Both the position numbers and the translations under genes were made by a program. Positions 9,905 to 20,272 of a DNA stretch of 64,000 nt are shown piece by piece. The DNA is taken from positions 32,431 through 96,430 of the forward strand of contig CAXBYW010000003.1 in assembly GCA_963980225.1 (NCBI GenBank). Direction: 5' to 3'. Source of the DNA: an uncultured bacterium (GTDB lineage Bacteria > Patescibacteriota > Microgenomatia > UBA1400 > MFAQ01). The notes under the pieces are model-generated. The model did no database searches. It was not told where the DNA came from and saw nothing but the letters and a program-made list of their open reading frames with translations. Position 1 is the first letter of the stretch; each line of letters starts with the position of its first letter.

Positions 9905-10255
9905 TTAATTGTTTAAAGAAATATATGTTTCAATACTACCAACCACCCCCAACAAAAGCAATAAATTAAGATAGTTTCCTAACCCCCAAACTCTTAGATA
10001 TATAAAGATCACCAATCCACTCGACCACAAAAAAGCTCGCCTAGCAGATAACGTCAATATACTTAGTAAAAACAATAAACCCAGATAGATTAACACTCCT
10101 GGCAGAAAATAACTTCTATAAAAAATTAAATCTCGCATATTTTCTGGATCAATAAACACAATCATTAACCCAATCAAAAGCCACACAAAAAAAGTTATAG
10201 CCACCAACAAACCATGACGTTTCTTGAGAGTCCTGCCCCTTTTCCTTATATCCAT
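9905..10255 (-). CDS. hypothetical small membrane protein
   Basis: 116 aa with three hydrophobic segments. Confidence 0.4.
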   Translation of the reverse strand: MDIRKRGRTLKKRHGLLVAITFFVWLLIGLMIVFIDPENMRDLIFYRSYFLPGVLIYLGLLFLLSILTLSARRAFLWSSGLVIFIYLRVWGLGNYLNLLLLLGVVGSIETYISLNN

Positions 10256-11243
10256 ATATAATGATTATATGTCTTCAGATACATTTCTTATACTAGCTGT
10301 CTTAATTGGAGGTTTCGCTTTTGTATACTTTCTCCTAAATAAAAAAATGAATCAAGCCAAAGAAGACACCACCTTAACAGAGTGGTTAAAAAGCATTCAA
10401 AGCTCTTTGAATAGTTCCAATCAAAACATAACCAGCACCCTACAAAAAAGCTATGGCGACTTACATGACCGCTTAGATACCGCTTCTAAGGTAATTGGTG
10501 AACTAAAAAAAGAAGCAGGTACTTTTTCTGAAATCGGTCGTTCAATGCAGGATCTTCAGCAGTTTTTACAAAGTCCCAAACTAAGAGGTAATATCGGTGA
10601 GGAGATCTTAAAAGACCTTATCACCCAAATGTTTCCCAAGAGCTCTTTTAGTCTCCAGTTTAGTTTCAAGAGCGGGGCCACAGTCGACGCGGTTATAAAA
10701 ACCAGTGCTGGTATTCTACCCATAGACTCAAAGTTTCCCATGGAAAACTTTCAAAAAATGGTTAAAGCCAAAGATAAAAAAGAAAGAAAGTTACACAAAC
10801 AAGCCTTAGTTAGAGATGTTAGAAAACACATAAGAGATATCGAAAGTAAATATATTTTGCCAGAAGAAGACACTCTGGATTTTGCTTTAATGTACATTCC
10901 TTCAGAAGCTGTTTGGTATGAAATAATTAACTTACAAGAACTGGTCGACTATGCTAAAAAGAGTAGGGTCTATCCTGTGTCTCCCACCACTCTTTCTTTA
11001 CACCTCAGGACAATTCTCCTCTCATTTGAAGGTCAAAAAATCGAGAGCCGATCCAAACAAGTCTTTGCTATATTAAGAGGAGTTCAAAAAGACTACTCCA
11101 AACTAGACGATAATTTAGGTATTTTAAACCGCCATCTAACAAACGCCTTTAATCAAATGAGTAATGCCCAACTTTCTCTTACCTCTTTGGGGCAAAAAAT
11201 CTCTTCCACACAAACTTTAGACTCAGGTAAAAAGATAAAATGA
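10224..11243 (+). CDS. rmuC: DNA recombination protein RmuC
   Basis: N-terminal TM, a coiled-coil region, and a C-terminal block (DFALMYIPSEAVWYEI) matching RmuC. Confidence 0.7.
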   Translation: MRVLPLFLISIYNDYMSSDTFLILAVLIGGFAFVYFLLNKKMNQAKEDTTLTEWLKSIQSSLNSSNQNITSTLQKSYGDLHDRLDTASKVIGELKKEAGTFSEIGRSMQDLQQFLQSPKLRGNIGEEILKDLITQMFPKSSFSLQFSFKSGATVDAVIKTSAGILPIDSKFPMENFQKMVKAKDKKERKLHKQALVRDVRKHIRDIESKYILPEEDTLDFALMYIPSEAVWYEIINLQELVDYAKKSRVYPVSPTTLSLHLRTILLSFEGQKIESRSKQVFAILRGVQKDYSKLDDNLGILNRHLTNAFNQMSNAQLSLTSLGQKISSTQTLDSGKKIK

Positions 11244-14224
11244 CCTTTAGTGGTGCCTTTACAAGAGAATACAACAAGCTTAATAAGAATCAAAAGATTG
11301 CCACAGACTCAATAGAAGGTCCAGTTATGGTAATGGCTGGTCCTGGTACCGGTAAAACCCAAGTCTTAACTTTAAGGATAGCTAACATCATAAGAAAAAC
11401 TGACACGGCACCAAGCAGTATCTTGGCCCTTACTTTTACCGACGCAGCAGCCAACGAAATGCGTCAACGCTTGATTACTTTAATAGGTCAACCAGCCTAC
11501 TCTGTACAGATATCTACGTTTCACTCTTTCTGCCAGTCAATCATTTTAGAAAATCCAGATCTTTTTATTGTGGCAGAAGAAACTCAACACCTACAAGATC
11601 TAGATCGTACAAAAATATTACAAAAAATAATCAAAGGTAATGAGTTCTCTTACTTAAAACCATTAAATGCCCCTTTTTACTACGTATTAAATATTATAGA
11701 AAAAATTAAAACCTTAAAAAGGGAAGGTATAGACCCCAAAGAATTTAATCAAATCTTAAAGGAGCAAAAAAAAGAATTAGAAACCCAGGCAGCTAGCCTC
11801 TCCAAAACTGTTCTGGTCAAGCAAAAAAAAGATTTAGAAAAGAACCTGGACCTACAAAAAATATACTCACTCTATCAACAAGAACTAACCAAAAAAGGGA
11901 TGTTCGATTTTGAAGACATGATCAACTGGGTGGTAGATAAGTTTGAAAAAGATCCTGACCTTCTACTTTCATATCAAGAGCGTCTAAGTTATTTACTGGT
12001 AGATGAGTATCAAGACACCAACTCTGCTCAAAATCAACTAGTCTTTAAACTTGCTTCATACTGGAATGAAAAGGCCAACCTCTTTGTAGTTGGAGATCCC
12101 AATCAAAGCATCTACAGGTTTCAAGGAGCTTCTCTTGAAAATACTAAAGAGTTTGTCGTTCGTTTCCCTAACTCTATTTTAATAAATCTAAACGAAAACT
12201 ATCGTTCTCCTCAACTTCTCCTTGACTCTGCTCGTGCTGTAATAAAAAACAACTCTCCTAAAGCTGTCAAACTAAAAAGCAATCTCGTTGGTCGGGGTAA
12301 GCCAGTTAACCTGGCTCACTTTACCCATTCAATTTTCGAAGACTATTTTCTATCCAAAAACATTAAAGACTTAATCAGTAAGGGTGTGAAACCTGAAGAG
12401 GTTGCAATTATTGTTCGCCACAATAAAGATCTAAATGACATATCTTCTGCTTTAAAAAAGTTTGGCCTACCTTTTACCATTAAGGGAACTCAAGATCTAT
12501 TCGAACAACCATTGGTAAAACAATTACTCACCTTCTTGACCATTATCAGTAACTCTCCTCATGAGCACAAAGACATCGATCTTTTTACTCTTTTAAATTT
12601 TGATTTTTTTGAGATTGACCCATTATTAATTCTTAAAACAGCCAAAAAAGCATCAGATGACAAGACTCACCTAGCTAGCTATATTCTTTCTGATAAAAAC
12701 AGAGTTCCTGTAAAACTGAAAAACTTCTTTACAAACTTAAATAAGTGGCAAAAAATATCAGCCAACTCTACCTTACCAGAGTTTTTTGAAAAACTGATTC
12801 AACAGTCGGGCATACTAGACCACTTGTTAAAGCAAAAAAACAAAGCAGATGACCTTTATCAGTTAAACATGTTCTTTACTCAAATAAAAAACATGGCTTA
12901 CCAAGACTCAAATCTGAATCTGTCAAGCTTTCTAAAAAACATCACCGCTCTAAAAGAGCAGAAAATCAAAACTACCATGTCTTCACCAATAACACTAAAA
13001 GAATCCATCACCTTGACCACTATCCATAAAGCCAAGGGATTAGAATGGAATCATGTCTATCTTTATCGTTGTGTGGACGGCAAGTGGGGCAACTCCAGAA
13101 TTCGCAATCTTATAAATCTACCTCCCAATCTTCTAGAGTTCGCAGTAGATCAAGACCCTCAAGAAGAAGAAAGACGTCTTTTCTACGTTGCCTTAACCAG
13201 AACCAAGAAAGTCTTGAACATCACTTCAGCTAATCAATACTCCACTGATTACGGAACTCAAAACACACTACCATCCTCTTTTATCAATGAAATCCCCAGT
13301 GATTTAACAAGAAAGGTCCAGTCAAGTAGTGTAGAAAATGATTCCAAAAAAGTAATAAAAAAATTACTCACACCTCCAGTTATTACTTCCACTACAACCA
13401 AAGAAAAAGAATACCTAAGTGGTCTAGCCAAAGAAATTAAGCTTTCAGTTACTGCACTAACCACATTTTTAGACTGCGCCTACAAATTCAAGTTAAACAA
13501 CCTGTATCGTTTACCAAAAGCTAAAGAGTCCTATCTTAGTTTTGGTACAGCCGTTCACACAGCTTTAGAAAAATATCATCAAAATCCCAAGCTCAAATTT
13601 CTTTTAGAACAATTTGAAAAAGCTCTCATCAAGGAAATTATCACACCAGAAGACTACTCTGCCCGTCTTAATCATGGTAAAAAAGTCCTCACTGCTTATC
13701 ACAAACTACACGGACCTAATCTAAAACCCGCTCATGCTCTAGAGAAGTATTTTGGTTATTCTTCTGGATCAAACTGTCATTTAGGAGACATCTCTCTAGT
13801 AGGTAAGGTAGATAGAATTGACATCCTAGACGAAAAGGAGAAGACCGCCAAAATAATAGACTATAAAACCGGTAAACCAAAGACCAAGGGGGAAATAGAA
13901 GGTACCACCAAGACCTCCACCGGTTACCTGAAACGCCAGCTTGTTTTCTACGCCCTCCTAGCCAAACTAGACAAACACTTCCCCTTAAAAGTCATCCAGT
14001 TCGAACTAGATTTTGTAGAAAGCCCATTCCTAAATGACAAGTCTGGAAAGACAACCTTTTCCGTTAGTGAAAAAGAAATAGAAGACTTGAAAAAAGTAAT
14101 AAAAAAAGCCAGCAAAGAAATCAGAGCCCTAAGATTCCCTCGCACCAAAGAAACTTCTCCTTGTCATAGATGTGAATTCAAAGATCATTGTTGGCCCACT
14201 GCTATACCGAAAACCTTGCAATAA
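11240..14224 (+). CDS. UvrD/PcrA-family SF1 helicase fused to a C-terminal PD-(D/E)XK Cas4/AddB-like iron-sulfur nuclease (AddA-like helicase-nuclease)
   Basis: Walker A AGPGTGKTQ and UvrD motifs (VDEYQDTN). The C-terminus has DRID...DYKTGK nuclease motifs and four Cys (C...CHRCEFKDHC) for a 4Fe-4S cluster. The ATGA start overlaps the rmuC stop. Confidence 0.8.
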   Translation: MTFSGAFTREYNKLNKNQKIATDSIEGPVMVMAGPGTGKTQVLTLRIANIIRKTDTAPSSILALTFTDAAANEMRQRLITLIGQPAYSVQISTFHSFCQSIILENPDLFIVAEETQHLQDLDRTKILQKIIKGNEFSYLKPLNAPFYYVLNIIEKIKTLKREGIDPKEFNQILKEQKKELETQAASLSKTVLVKQKKDLEKNLDLQKIYSLYQQELTKKGMFDFEDMINWVVDKFEKDPDLLLSYQERLSYLLVDEYQDTNSAQNQLVFKLASYWNEKANLFVVGDPNQSIYRFQGASLENTKEFVVRFPNSILINLNENYRSPQLLLDSARAVIKNNSPKAVKLKSNLVGRGKPVNLAHFTHSIFEDYFLSKNIKDLISKGVKPEEVAIIVRHNKDLNDISSALKKFGLPFTIKGTQDLFEQPLVKQLLTFLTIISNSPHEHKDIDLFTLLNFDFFEIDPLLILKTAKKASDDKTHLASYILSDKNRVPVKLKNFFTNLNKWQKISANSTLPEFFEKLIQQSGILDHLLKQKNKADDLYQLNMFFTQIKNMAYQDSNLNLSSFLKNITALKEQKIKTTMSSPITLKESITLTTIHKAKGLEWNHVYLYRCVDGKWGNSRIRNLINLPPNLLEFAVDQDPQEEERRLFYVALTRTKKVLNITSANQYSTDYGTQNTLPSSFINEIPSDLTRKVQSSSVENDSKKVIKKLLTPPVITSTTTKEKEYLSGLAKEIKLSVTALTTFLDCAYKFKLNNLYRLPKAKESYLSFGTAVHTALEKYHQNPKLKFLLEQFEKALIKEIITPEDYSARLNHGKKVLTAYHKLHGPNLKPAHALEKYFGYSSGSNCHLGDISLVGKVDRIDILDEKEKTAKIIDYKTGKPKTKGEIEGTTKTSTGYLKRQLVFYALLAKLDKHFPLKVIQFELDFVESPFLNDKSGKTTFSVSEKEIEDLKKVIKKASKEIRALRFPRTKETSPCHRCEFKDHCWPTAIPKTLQ

Positions 14225-14295
14225 AAAAGAAAACACTTATAATATTCTTTATTCACTCGCTCTTTTCCAGCTTACTAACAAAAAGGAGAAAAAAC

Positions 14296-14757
14296 ATGAA
14301 GTCAAATGATATTCCTATCGACAGCCTTCGTAAATGGCGTTCAATTTCTTATTCAGCTTGCGCAGTTTGTTTTTTAGCCGCCATAGTTACAAGTTTCTTT
14401 GTTAACTCAAACGAGAGTTGGTTACCCAACTCTTTTATGGTGGTTAACCCGGTGTCAATTATTTTCATAATAGGTATTTTTATCCCCTTAACCTTCTTTC
14501 ATTATTTAATATTCAAAGGTTATGCCCATTTAAGAGCAGTTAAAGACCATTTTGGGGAAAAGATCCGTTCTTCTTCAGAAGATGCATCAGAACTTGGCTT
14601 AGCTGTGTTCTTTTGTTTTATTTTCACAATGGGTTTGTCACCCGATCCTGCTCTTCACATAAAGCTCCTCGCGTGGAGCCTCATAATTCTTGGTCTGGAA
14701 GCAGTTTTCTATGATTGGCCCCAGAGAATAAAGAAGCTCTTCACAAGGTCCCCATAA
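14296..14757 (+). CDS. hypothetical membrane protein
   Basis: The start is moved to the ATG at 14296, which follows an AAAGGAG RBS at 14282-14288. The ORF-track start at 14188 lies inside the upstream gene. Multiple TM segments. Confidence 0.45.
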   Translation: MKSNDIPIDSLRKWRSISYSACAVCFLAAIVTSFFVNSNESWLPNSFMVVNPVSIIFIIGIFIPLTFFHYLIFKGYAHLRAVKDHFGEKIRSSSEDASELGLAVFFCFIFTMGLSPDPALHIKLLAWSLIILGLEAVFYDWPQRIKKLFTRSP

Positions 14758-14776
14758 TTCACCGCTTAAGAAATAC

Positions 14777-14806
14777 CGCCCTTAGTCTAACTAAGGGCTT
14801 TTTTAT
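14777..14806 (+). terminator. intrinsic terminator between convergent genes
   Basis: Perfect 8-bp stem GCCCTTAG/CTAAGGGC with a 5-nt loop, followed by TTTTTTATT. It lies 20 nt after the stop at 14757. Confidence 0.6.
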
Positions 14807-15623
14807 TGCCATAAAACCACTTAACAAACGAACCAGGGTAGCTGATCACCTTCCCTCCAAACCTTTTTTTGAATTCACTAAAACCTGCCCATCTTTTTTG
14901 CGGCCACCTTTCATCCAGTATCCCTTCAAAATCAAACCATCTTACACTTTGTCTTTTGCATTCCAATATCACCTGCCAAACCAAATGATAATGGGAACCC
15001 GACCTTCTGCCTGCCTCACTAGTCCATGTCTGGAAATAGTTAACGGTATCACCAGACTTAAGTAAGATAATTCCGGAGAGCAAGCTATCTCCCTTCTTAC
15101 TAACCCACAAACTGGCATCTTCACCAAAGGCCTCAATCAACTTATTAAACCTCTCCTCACTCATTAACCAGGTGTGAGCCGCTTTTTTCCAGTTTTTATA
15201 GAACTTCCTTCTATCTTTTTTACCTCTTAGCTCAATCGTCTGGACAAGAGAGTCTTTCTTTAATATCCGTTTAGCATTTGTAGATAAATCCTTCCACAAC
15301 TTCTTCTCATCTTTTCTTAAATCGATTACTATGGTTTTGCTTGGTAAAAACGGATGCTTGTTAACCTTCCATCCATGAACTTTTTTATCTATCGGTTCCG
15401 CCACCACATAAACTACTCGATATTTTCTTTTCAATTTTTTCAAATCACCAAGATTTAACTCCCCAGAATATCTCTGTATCTTCATCATTGAAAAAGGACT
15501 CAAAGGAATTTTTTTAATAAAGACATTGATACTACCAACCTCTTCCACGATCCATCCAGAACTTTGTAGATACTTCTTCCAGCTCTTTGTCTGCCTTATG
15601 TCTTCCATCTTAGGATCATCCAC
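14787..15623 (-). CDS. FemAB-family protein (divergent or shortened paralog)
   Basis: The C-terminal half (FEGILDERW...GFSEFKKRFGG) parallels the C-terminus of the adjacent FemAB protein. The N-terminal half is diverged. Confidence 0.5.
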   Translation of the reverse strand: MDDPKMEDIRQTKSWKKYLQSSGWIVEEVGSINVFIKKIPLSPFSMMKIQRYSGELNLGDLKKLKRKYRVVYVVAEPIDKKVHGWKVNKHPFLPSKTIVIDLRKDEKKLWKDLSTNAKRILKKDSLVQTIELRGKKDRRKFYKNWKKAAHTWLMSEERFNKLIEAFGEDASLWVSKKGDSLLSGIILLKSGDTVNYFQTWTSEAGRRSGSHYHLVWQVILECKRQSVRWFDFEGILDERWPQKRWAGFSEFKKRFGGKVISYPGSFVKWFYGNKKALS

Positions 15624-16582
15624 CTTATACTTTCACCCACCCTGTAGAGCCAGTATAAAACAGGATTTATTACTAAGTCCCAGCTGCCCACAAACTCTAC
15701 CAGCTCTCCACCATATCCTGCCTTGAACTTATGAAAACCAAACCACGGATCCTTGGTATCTGGGTTTTCTCCTAGAGATCCCCACATATCAAATATCTTA
15801 CAATCTTTCTTTTTTCCAAACTTAATCACCTCCCAAGCCAACAAGTTGTTAGCCATTAACTCTCTATTGTCTCTACTAGAAGCACCATATGGATAATAGA
15901 GCACTCCGTTTAAAATAAATACAATCCAAGCAGACAGAACCTTCCCTTTATACATCGCCTTAAACAAATGGGCTTGACCAGCCTTCTTCATCTCTTGCCA
16001 CATCTTCAAATGATATTCTCTGTTGTGAGCATAAAATGCCTGTCTATTCGTTGTTTCTTCCATTAGTTTCCAATAGTCTTCAAAACCTTCATTGCTTGAA
16101 TCTTCTATCACCCTCACTCCTTTCTTTTCTGCCAATCTAACGTTGTACCTTGTCTTTGCCTTCATTCCAGAAAGAAGATCTTTCTCACTTTTAGTTAGGT
16201 CCAACCAAAAGGTGAACTTTGTAAACAACGCTCTCCCCTTAACTAATCCCATTTTCTTGCCAAATTCTAATCCTGATCGAACATTGGGTTCAAATTTTAT
16301 AAATATAGCCTTTTCTCTTTTTGCTACTTTTTTTATCTCTTCAAACATTTCTTGACTCGGAATAGAGGACTTAGGACAGTAACCAGCCTTCCAAGGCAGT
16401 CGTGGTAAGTTGTGCAAGGTAATCTGATATCCATTGACCAACTCTTTTTTCTTGTAATCACCAAATCTAATCACTTTGACTCTATCGGACTTCCTTAAGT
16501 TTCCCCAAGCCCAACTTTGTAACGGGTGCAAGGCCTTATCATCAAAGTTTTTCTTGTTTTTTTCTTCTACTAGTTTTATCAT
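15596..16582 (-). CDS. FemAB-family peptidoglycan interpeptide-bridge aminoacyltransferase (FemX-like)
   Basis: LQSWAWG N-terminal motif and C-terminal KFKAGYGGELVEF. The 328 aa length fits FemX/FemAB. Confidence 0.75.
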   Translation of the reverse strand: MIKLVEEKNKKNFDDKALHPLQSWAWGNLRKSDRVKVIRFGDYKKKELVNGYQITLHNLPRLPWKAGYCPKSSIPSQEMFEEIKKVAKREKAIFIKFEPNVRSGLEFGKKMGLVKGRALFTKFTFWLDLTKSEKDLLSGMKAKTRYNVRLAEKKGVRVIEDSSNEGFEDYWKLMEETTNRQAFYAHNREYHLKMWQEMKKAGQAHLFKAMYKGKVLSAWIVFILNGVLYYPYGASSRDNRELMANNLLAWEVIKFGKKKDCKIFDMWGSLGENPDTKDPWFGFHKFKAGYGGELVEFVGSWDLVINPVLYWLYRVGESIRWMILRWKT

Positions 16583-16593
16583 TATCTTTAATT

Positions 16594-18471
16594 TTACCAG
16601 CTGTCTATCTCGTTAAAGTCATTTGCACTTTCTTTCTCCACTTCCCAGTCTTGGACAACCTTTCTTCCTAATAAGTTTTTTTTAACAGGTTTTACCTCTT
16701 TATATATTAATCGCTGCGGAATCTCGCTTAAAAATCTAGACGGACTCTGATTATTTCTACTTCCATACAAAAACCTCAAAGTGGCAAAACTTAAAAAAAG
16801 TTTTTGCCTAGCTCTAGTGATTGCTACATACAAAAGTCTTCTTTCTTCCTCCAGTGAATCTTTTTCTAGTAAGCTTCTGGAGTGGGGAAGTAATCCTTCT
16901 TCTAATCCCACTACAAATACATTATCAAACTCCAAACCTTTAGCAGAGTGTATGGTCATTAAACTAACCTGTGTTTCTTTAGGTTGAAATTGATCGGCTA
17001 AATCCTCTGCCTGAATCAACGCCACACTTTCTAAAAACGCTTCTACTTTAGGAAACTCGCTAGCTACTGCCAAAAGTTCATTGATGTTTTCTAGTCTTCC
17101 CAAGTCTTCTTCATTTTTCTTATCAAATTTATCCAAATATTCTGTTATCTCCAATATCTTTTCAATTAATTTACCAGTAGGCAACTCACCAGAAAACTCC
17201 GATAACCATATCTCAAATTTTACTTTTTTCCTTTTACCTAGTTTCTCGATTCTATCCCAAGCTACAATATCTTCCTTATTTACCACCACTCTTAGGTGGG
17301 CTAATAGGTCTTTTATTTCTTTTCTCTCGTAAAACCTCACTCCACCCACTAAACGATACGCAATCCCTGCCCTGATCAACTCCTCCTCCAGGATCCTAGA
17401 CTGTGCATTTGTTCGATACAAGACTGCCACATTCTCCTTTTTCTCTATAGCTCCCATGCAGTTATCTATTACAAATCTTGCTTCAGACCGACCATCCTGA
17501 CCTTCAAACATTAAAATCTTGTCCCCTCCATTCTCACGGGTTACAAGTTTTAATACGGGGTGGCTCGTGTTGTTGCCAATCACCTCATGGGCTGCATCTA
17601 GAATGTTTTGGGTGCTTCTGTAGTTTTCAATAAGCTCAATTATTTTTAGATCCTTAAAATCCTTCTTTAGAAGCTCTAGATTTCTAAAATCAGCTCCCCT
17701 AAAAGAATAAATTGCTTGAGAAGCATCTCCAACCACAGTTAATCGCTCAGGATCCTTTACTAGTAATCTGGTTAGCTCAAACTGAGCTTTATTAGTATCT
17801 TGATACTCATCTACCAGTATCCAATCAAATCTTCTGTGTACCTTGTTTCTTACCTCTTCCACTTTGAGTAGCTTCACACACTTGGTAAGTAGGTCATCAA
17901 AATCAAGTGCATTAAAATTATTCAACAGTTTTTGATATTCACTCCATACGGAGATAGTAGTTTTTTGATAGCTCTCACGAGCTAAAAACCCAGCATCTTT
18001 TATACCAATTAAGTTATTTTTATACTTAGAAATTATCGCCAAGTACATTCTAATTTTTTTTGGAGTACTTTCTTGATCTAAATTTATTAAGGCCTTTTTC
18101 ATGACCTGTCTTTGGTCGGTTGTATCATAAATAACAAAACCTTTTCTTACTCCAATCATCTCACCATACATTCTTAAAAGACGAACACAAAAACCATGAA
18201 ATGTCCCAGCAAAACCTAAGCTTCTCCCATCAGTCTTTCCAAGTAGATCTCTTACTCTGCCAGACATCTCACTTGCTGCCTTATTAGTAAAAGTAAGCAG
18301 AACTATCTTCCCAGGGTCAACACTCCTTTCTTTAATAAGCCAAGAGGTTCTACGTGTTAGCACTCTAGTTTTTCCAGAACCAGCTCCCGCCAAGACCAGT
18401 AAGGGGCTTCCCTCATGGGTTACAGCCTGTAGCTGTTCGTTATTTAGTTTATTTTTCCAGGCAGGTTTCAC
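16594..18471 (-). CDS. pcrA: ATP-dependent DNA helicase PcrA/UvrD
   Basis: Walker A AGAGSGKT, DEYQDTN, and conserved UvrD motifs throughout. Confidence 0.85.
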   Translation of the reverse strand: MKPAWKNKLNNEQLQAVTHEGSPLLVLAGAGSGKTRVLTRRTSWLIKERSVDPGKIVLLTFTNKAASEMSGRVRDLLGKTDGRSLGFAGTFHGFCVRLLRMYGEMIGVRKGFVIYDTTDQRQVMKKALINLDQESTPKKIRMYLAIISKYKNNLIGIKDAGFLARESYQKTTISVWSEYQKLLNNFNALDFDDLLTKCVKLLKVEEVRNKVHRRFDWILVDEYQDTNKAQFELTRLLVKDPERLTVVGDASQAIYSFRGADFRNLELLKKDFKDLKIIELIENYRSTQNILDAAHEVIGNNTSHPVLKLVTRENGGDKILMFEGQDGRSEARFVIDNCMGAIEKKENVAVLYRTNAQSRILEEELIRAGIAYRLVGGVRFYERKEIKDLLAHLRVVVNKEDIVAWDRIEKLGKRKKVKFEIWLSEFSGELPTGKLIEKILEITEYLDKFDKKNEEDLGRLENINELLAVASEFPKVEAFLESVALIQAEDLADQFQPKETQVSLMTIHSAKGLEFDNVFVVGLEEGLLPHSRSLLEKDSLEEERRLLYVAITRARQKLFLSFATLRFLYGSRNNQSPSRFLSEIPQRLIYKEVKPVKKNLLGRKVVQDWEVEKESANDFNEIDSW

Positions 18472-18515
18472 TCTTCATACTATACCTTAAATAAAAGGGT
18501 AAAATAACTCTTACC

Positions 18516-19208
18516 ATGACTTATCTAATAGCCAACTGGAAAAGCCACCTCAACAACACCCAGTCTTTATCTTGGTTAAAAGAAATAGAAAAACTTGCTC
18601 CTACAATCTCTCCTGACCTTAAAACCATAGTATGTCTTCCTTTTACAGATCTACCGGAATTTAATCGCCATCTTAATTTCTCAAAAACACCCCTTTTTGT
18701 TGGGGCTCAAACAGTAAGCCCTTATTCAGCCGGGAAACACACAGGAGACATTACTGCCAGTATGCTTTCTGAGTTAGTTACCTACTGTCTTGTGGGTCAT
18801 TCTGAAAGAAGAGTTAATCTTAAAGAGACAACTCAAGACGTATCTAATCAATGCCAAAAACTTCTCAAACAAAACATCACCCCCATTATCTGTGTCGACA
18901 AACCTTACATAGATGAGCAAGTAAAAGAACTTTTTGCTCAAAACATACCACTTTCACGCTGTTTGTTTGCTTACGAGCCAGCATCAGCTATTGGCACCAA
19001 AAAACCAGAATCACCAGAGGATGCAAGTAAAGTTGCCTCCAAGATAATCTTACTTACTAACGGAGACAGCCCCGTCATATATGGTGGGTCAGTTTCACCA
19101 GAAAACATTCTAAGTTTTACTAATCAACTCAATATAGATGGAGTATTGGTGGGAACCAATAGCCTGAAACCATCTGTCTTTAATCAACTAGTTAATCTAC
19201 TTAAATGA
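18516..19208 (+). CDS. tpiA: triosephosphate isomerase
   Basis: IANWK, GHSERR and AYEP...AIGT catalytic motifs. Confidence 0.8.
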   Translation: MTYLIANWKSHLNNTQSLSWLKEIEKLAPTISPDLKTIVCLPFTDLPEFNRHLNFSKTPLFVGAQTVSPYSAGKHTGDITASMLSELVTYCLVGHSERRVNLKETTQDVSNQCQKLLKQNITPIICVDKPYIDEQVKELFAQNIPLSRCLFAYEPASAIGTKKPESPEDASKVASKIILLTNGDSPVIYGGSVSPENILSFTNQLNIDGVLVGTNSLKPSVFNQLVNLLK

Positions 19209-20272
19209 AGCTTAAGAGAATTCATTTCGGAAGAATTAAGATAGGTATTGTCCACTTTTTTCAGTCACATCTAAAAATAATTAGCTGGGTTCTTCTCCTT
19301 GGACTGCTATTTGTTAGTTTGGTCAAAATAAATCAATTCTTCAAAAAATTAAACATCGTTCCCAAGCACGTGGCCTCTTTATTTCAAGATCCCATAAACA
19401 ATCTTAATCACTCCAATCAGCGGACAAACTTTTTATTACTGGGCATAAAGGGGGAGAACGAAACAGACGTAAAAGACCTAGCAGACACCATGATTCTAGT
19501 TTCTTATTATCATCCTACCAGCCAGGTAACTATAATCTCGGTTCCCAGAGACCTTTGGGTCAACTCCTTGAAAACAAAAATTAATGCTGTCTACCACTAC
19601 GGTCAACAAAGAGATCCACCCGTTGGTTTAAGTTTAGTTCAGGCCTCTATCCAGGAAACCTTGGGGTTGCCAGTTCATTACACGGGTGTAGTCAACTTTA
19701 ATAGTTTTATAGAAGCAATTGACCTGTTGGGTGGAGTGGAAGTAGATGTAGAAAAAAGTTTCACAGACTCTCTTTTCCCTATCCCAGGAAGAGAAAATTC
19801 ATATCCAATAGAAAGCCGCTACGAGACAGTCAGCTTTAATCAGGGACAACAAGTGATGGATGGTGAAACCGCCCTTAAATTTGTTCGCTCTCGCCAGGCA
19901 GAAGGGGACGAGGGTACAGACTTCGCCAGAAACAAAAGACAACAACTAGTTATAAAATCACTTCGCAAAAAATTACTATCTACCGACACTCTTTTAGATG
20001 AGTCAATTCGTTCCAAACTACTTGATATCGTTCAAAAAAATCTAGTTACCAATTTAAAACTAGATGACTATCCATCTACAATTAATTTATTAATTAGCTC
20101 AAGAAGTCAGCCTTTTCAGTCTATAAATTTATCGACTGAAGCAACGGATAGTGAAATTGCTATCTTAGAAAACCCTCCTAAGTATCTATATCAAAACCAA
20201 TGGGTCTTAATTGCTAAAGACAATAACTGGGAAGCCCTAAAACAACACATCCAAAACAAGCTCAGTCAGTGA
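19205..20272 (+). CDS. LytR-CpsA-Psr (LCP) family cell-wall glycopolymer ligase
   Basis: N-terminal TM and an LCP core (NFLLLGIKG...DTMILVSY...ISVPRDLWV). Confidence 0.75.
   Translation: MKLKRIHFGRIKIGIVHFFQSHLKIISWVLLLGLLFVSLVKINQFFKKLNIVPKHVASLFQDPINNLNHSNQRTNFLLLGIKGENETDVKDLADTMILVSYYHPTSQVTIISVPRDLWVNSLKTKINAVYHYGQQRDPPVGLSLVQASIQETLGLPVHYTGVVNFNSFIEAIDLLGGVEVDVEKSFTDSLFPIPGRENSYPIESRYETVSFNQGQQVMDGETALKFVRSRQAEGDEGTDFARNKRQQLVIKSLRKKLLSTDTLLDESIRSKLLDIVQKNLVTNLKLDDYPSTINLLISSRSQPFQSINLSTEATDSEIAILENPPKYLYQNQWVLIAKDNNWEALKQHIQNKLSQ

Noticed and set aside
14715-15065. 116-aa plus ORF overlapping the FemAB paralog
   Set aside because: Antisense to a gene that has family-level similarity to its neighbour. 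No RBS or motif.
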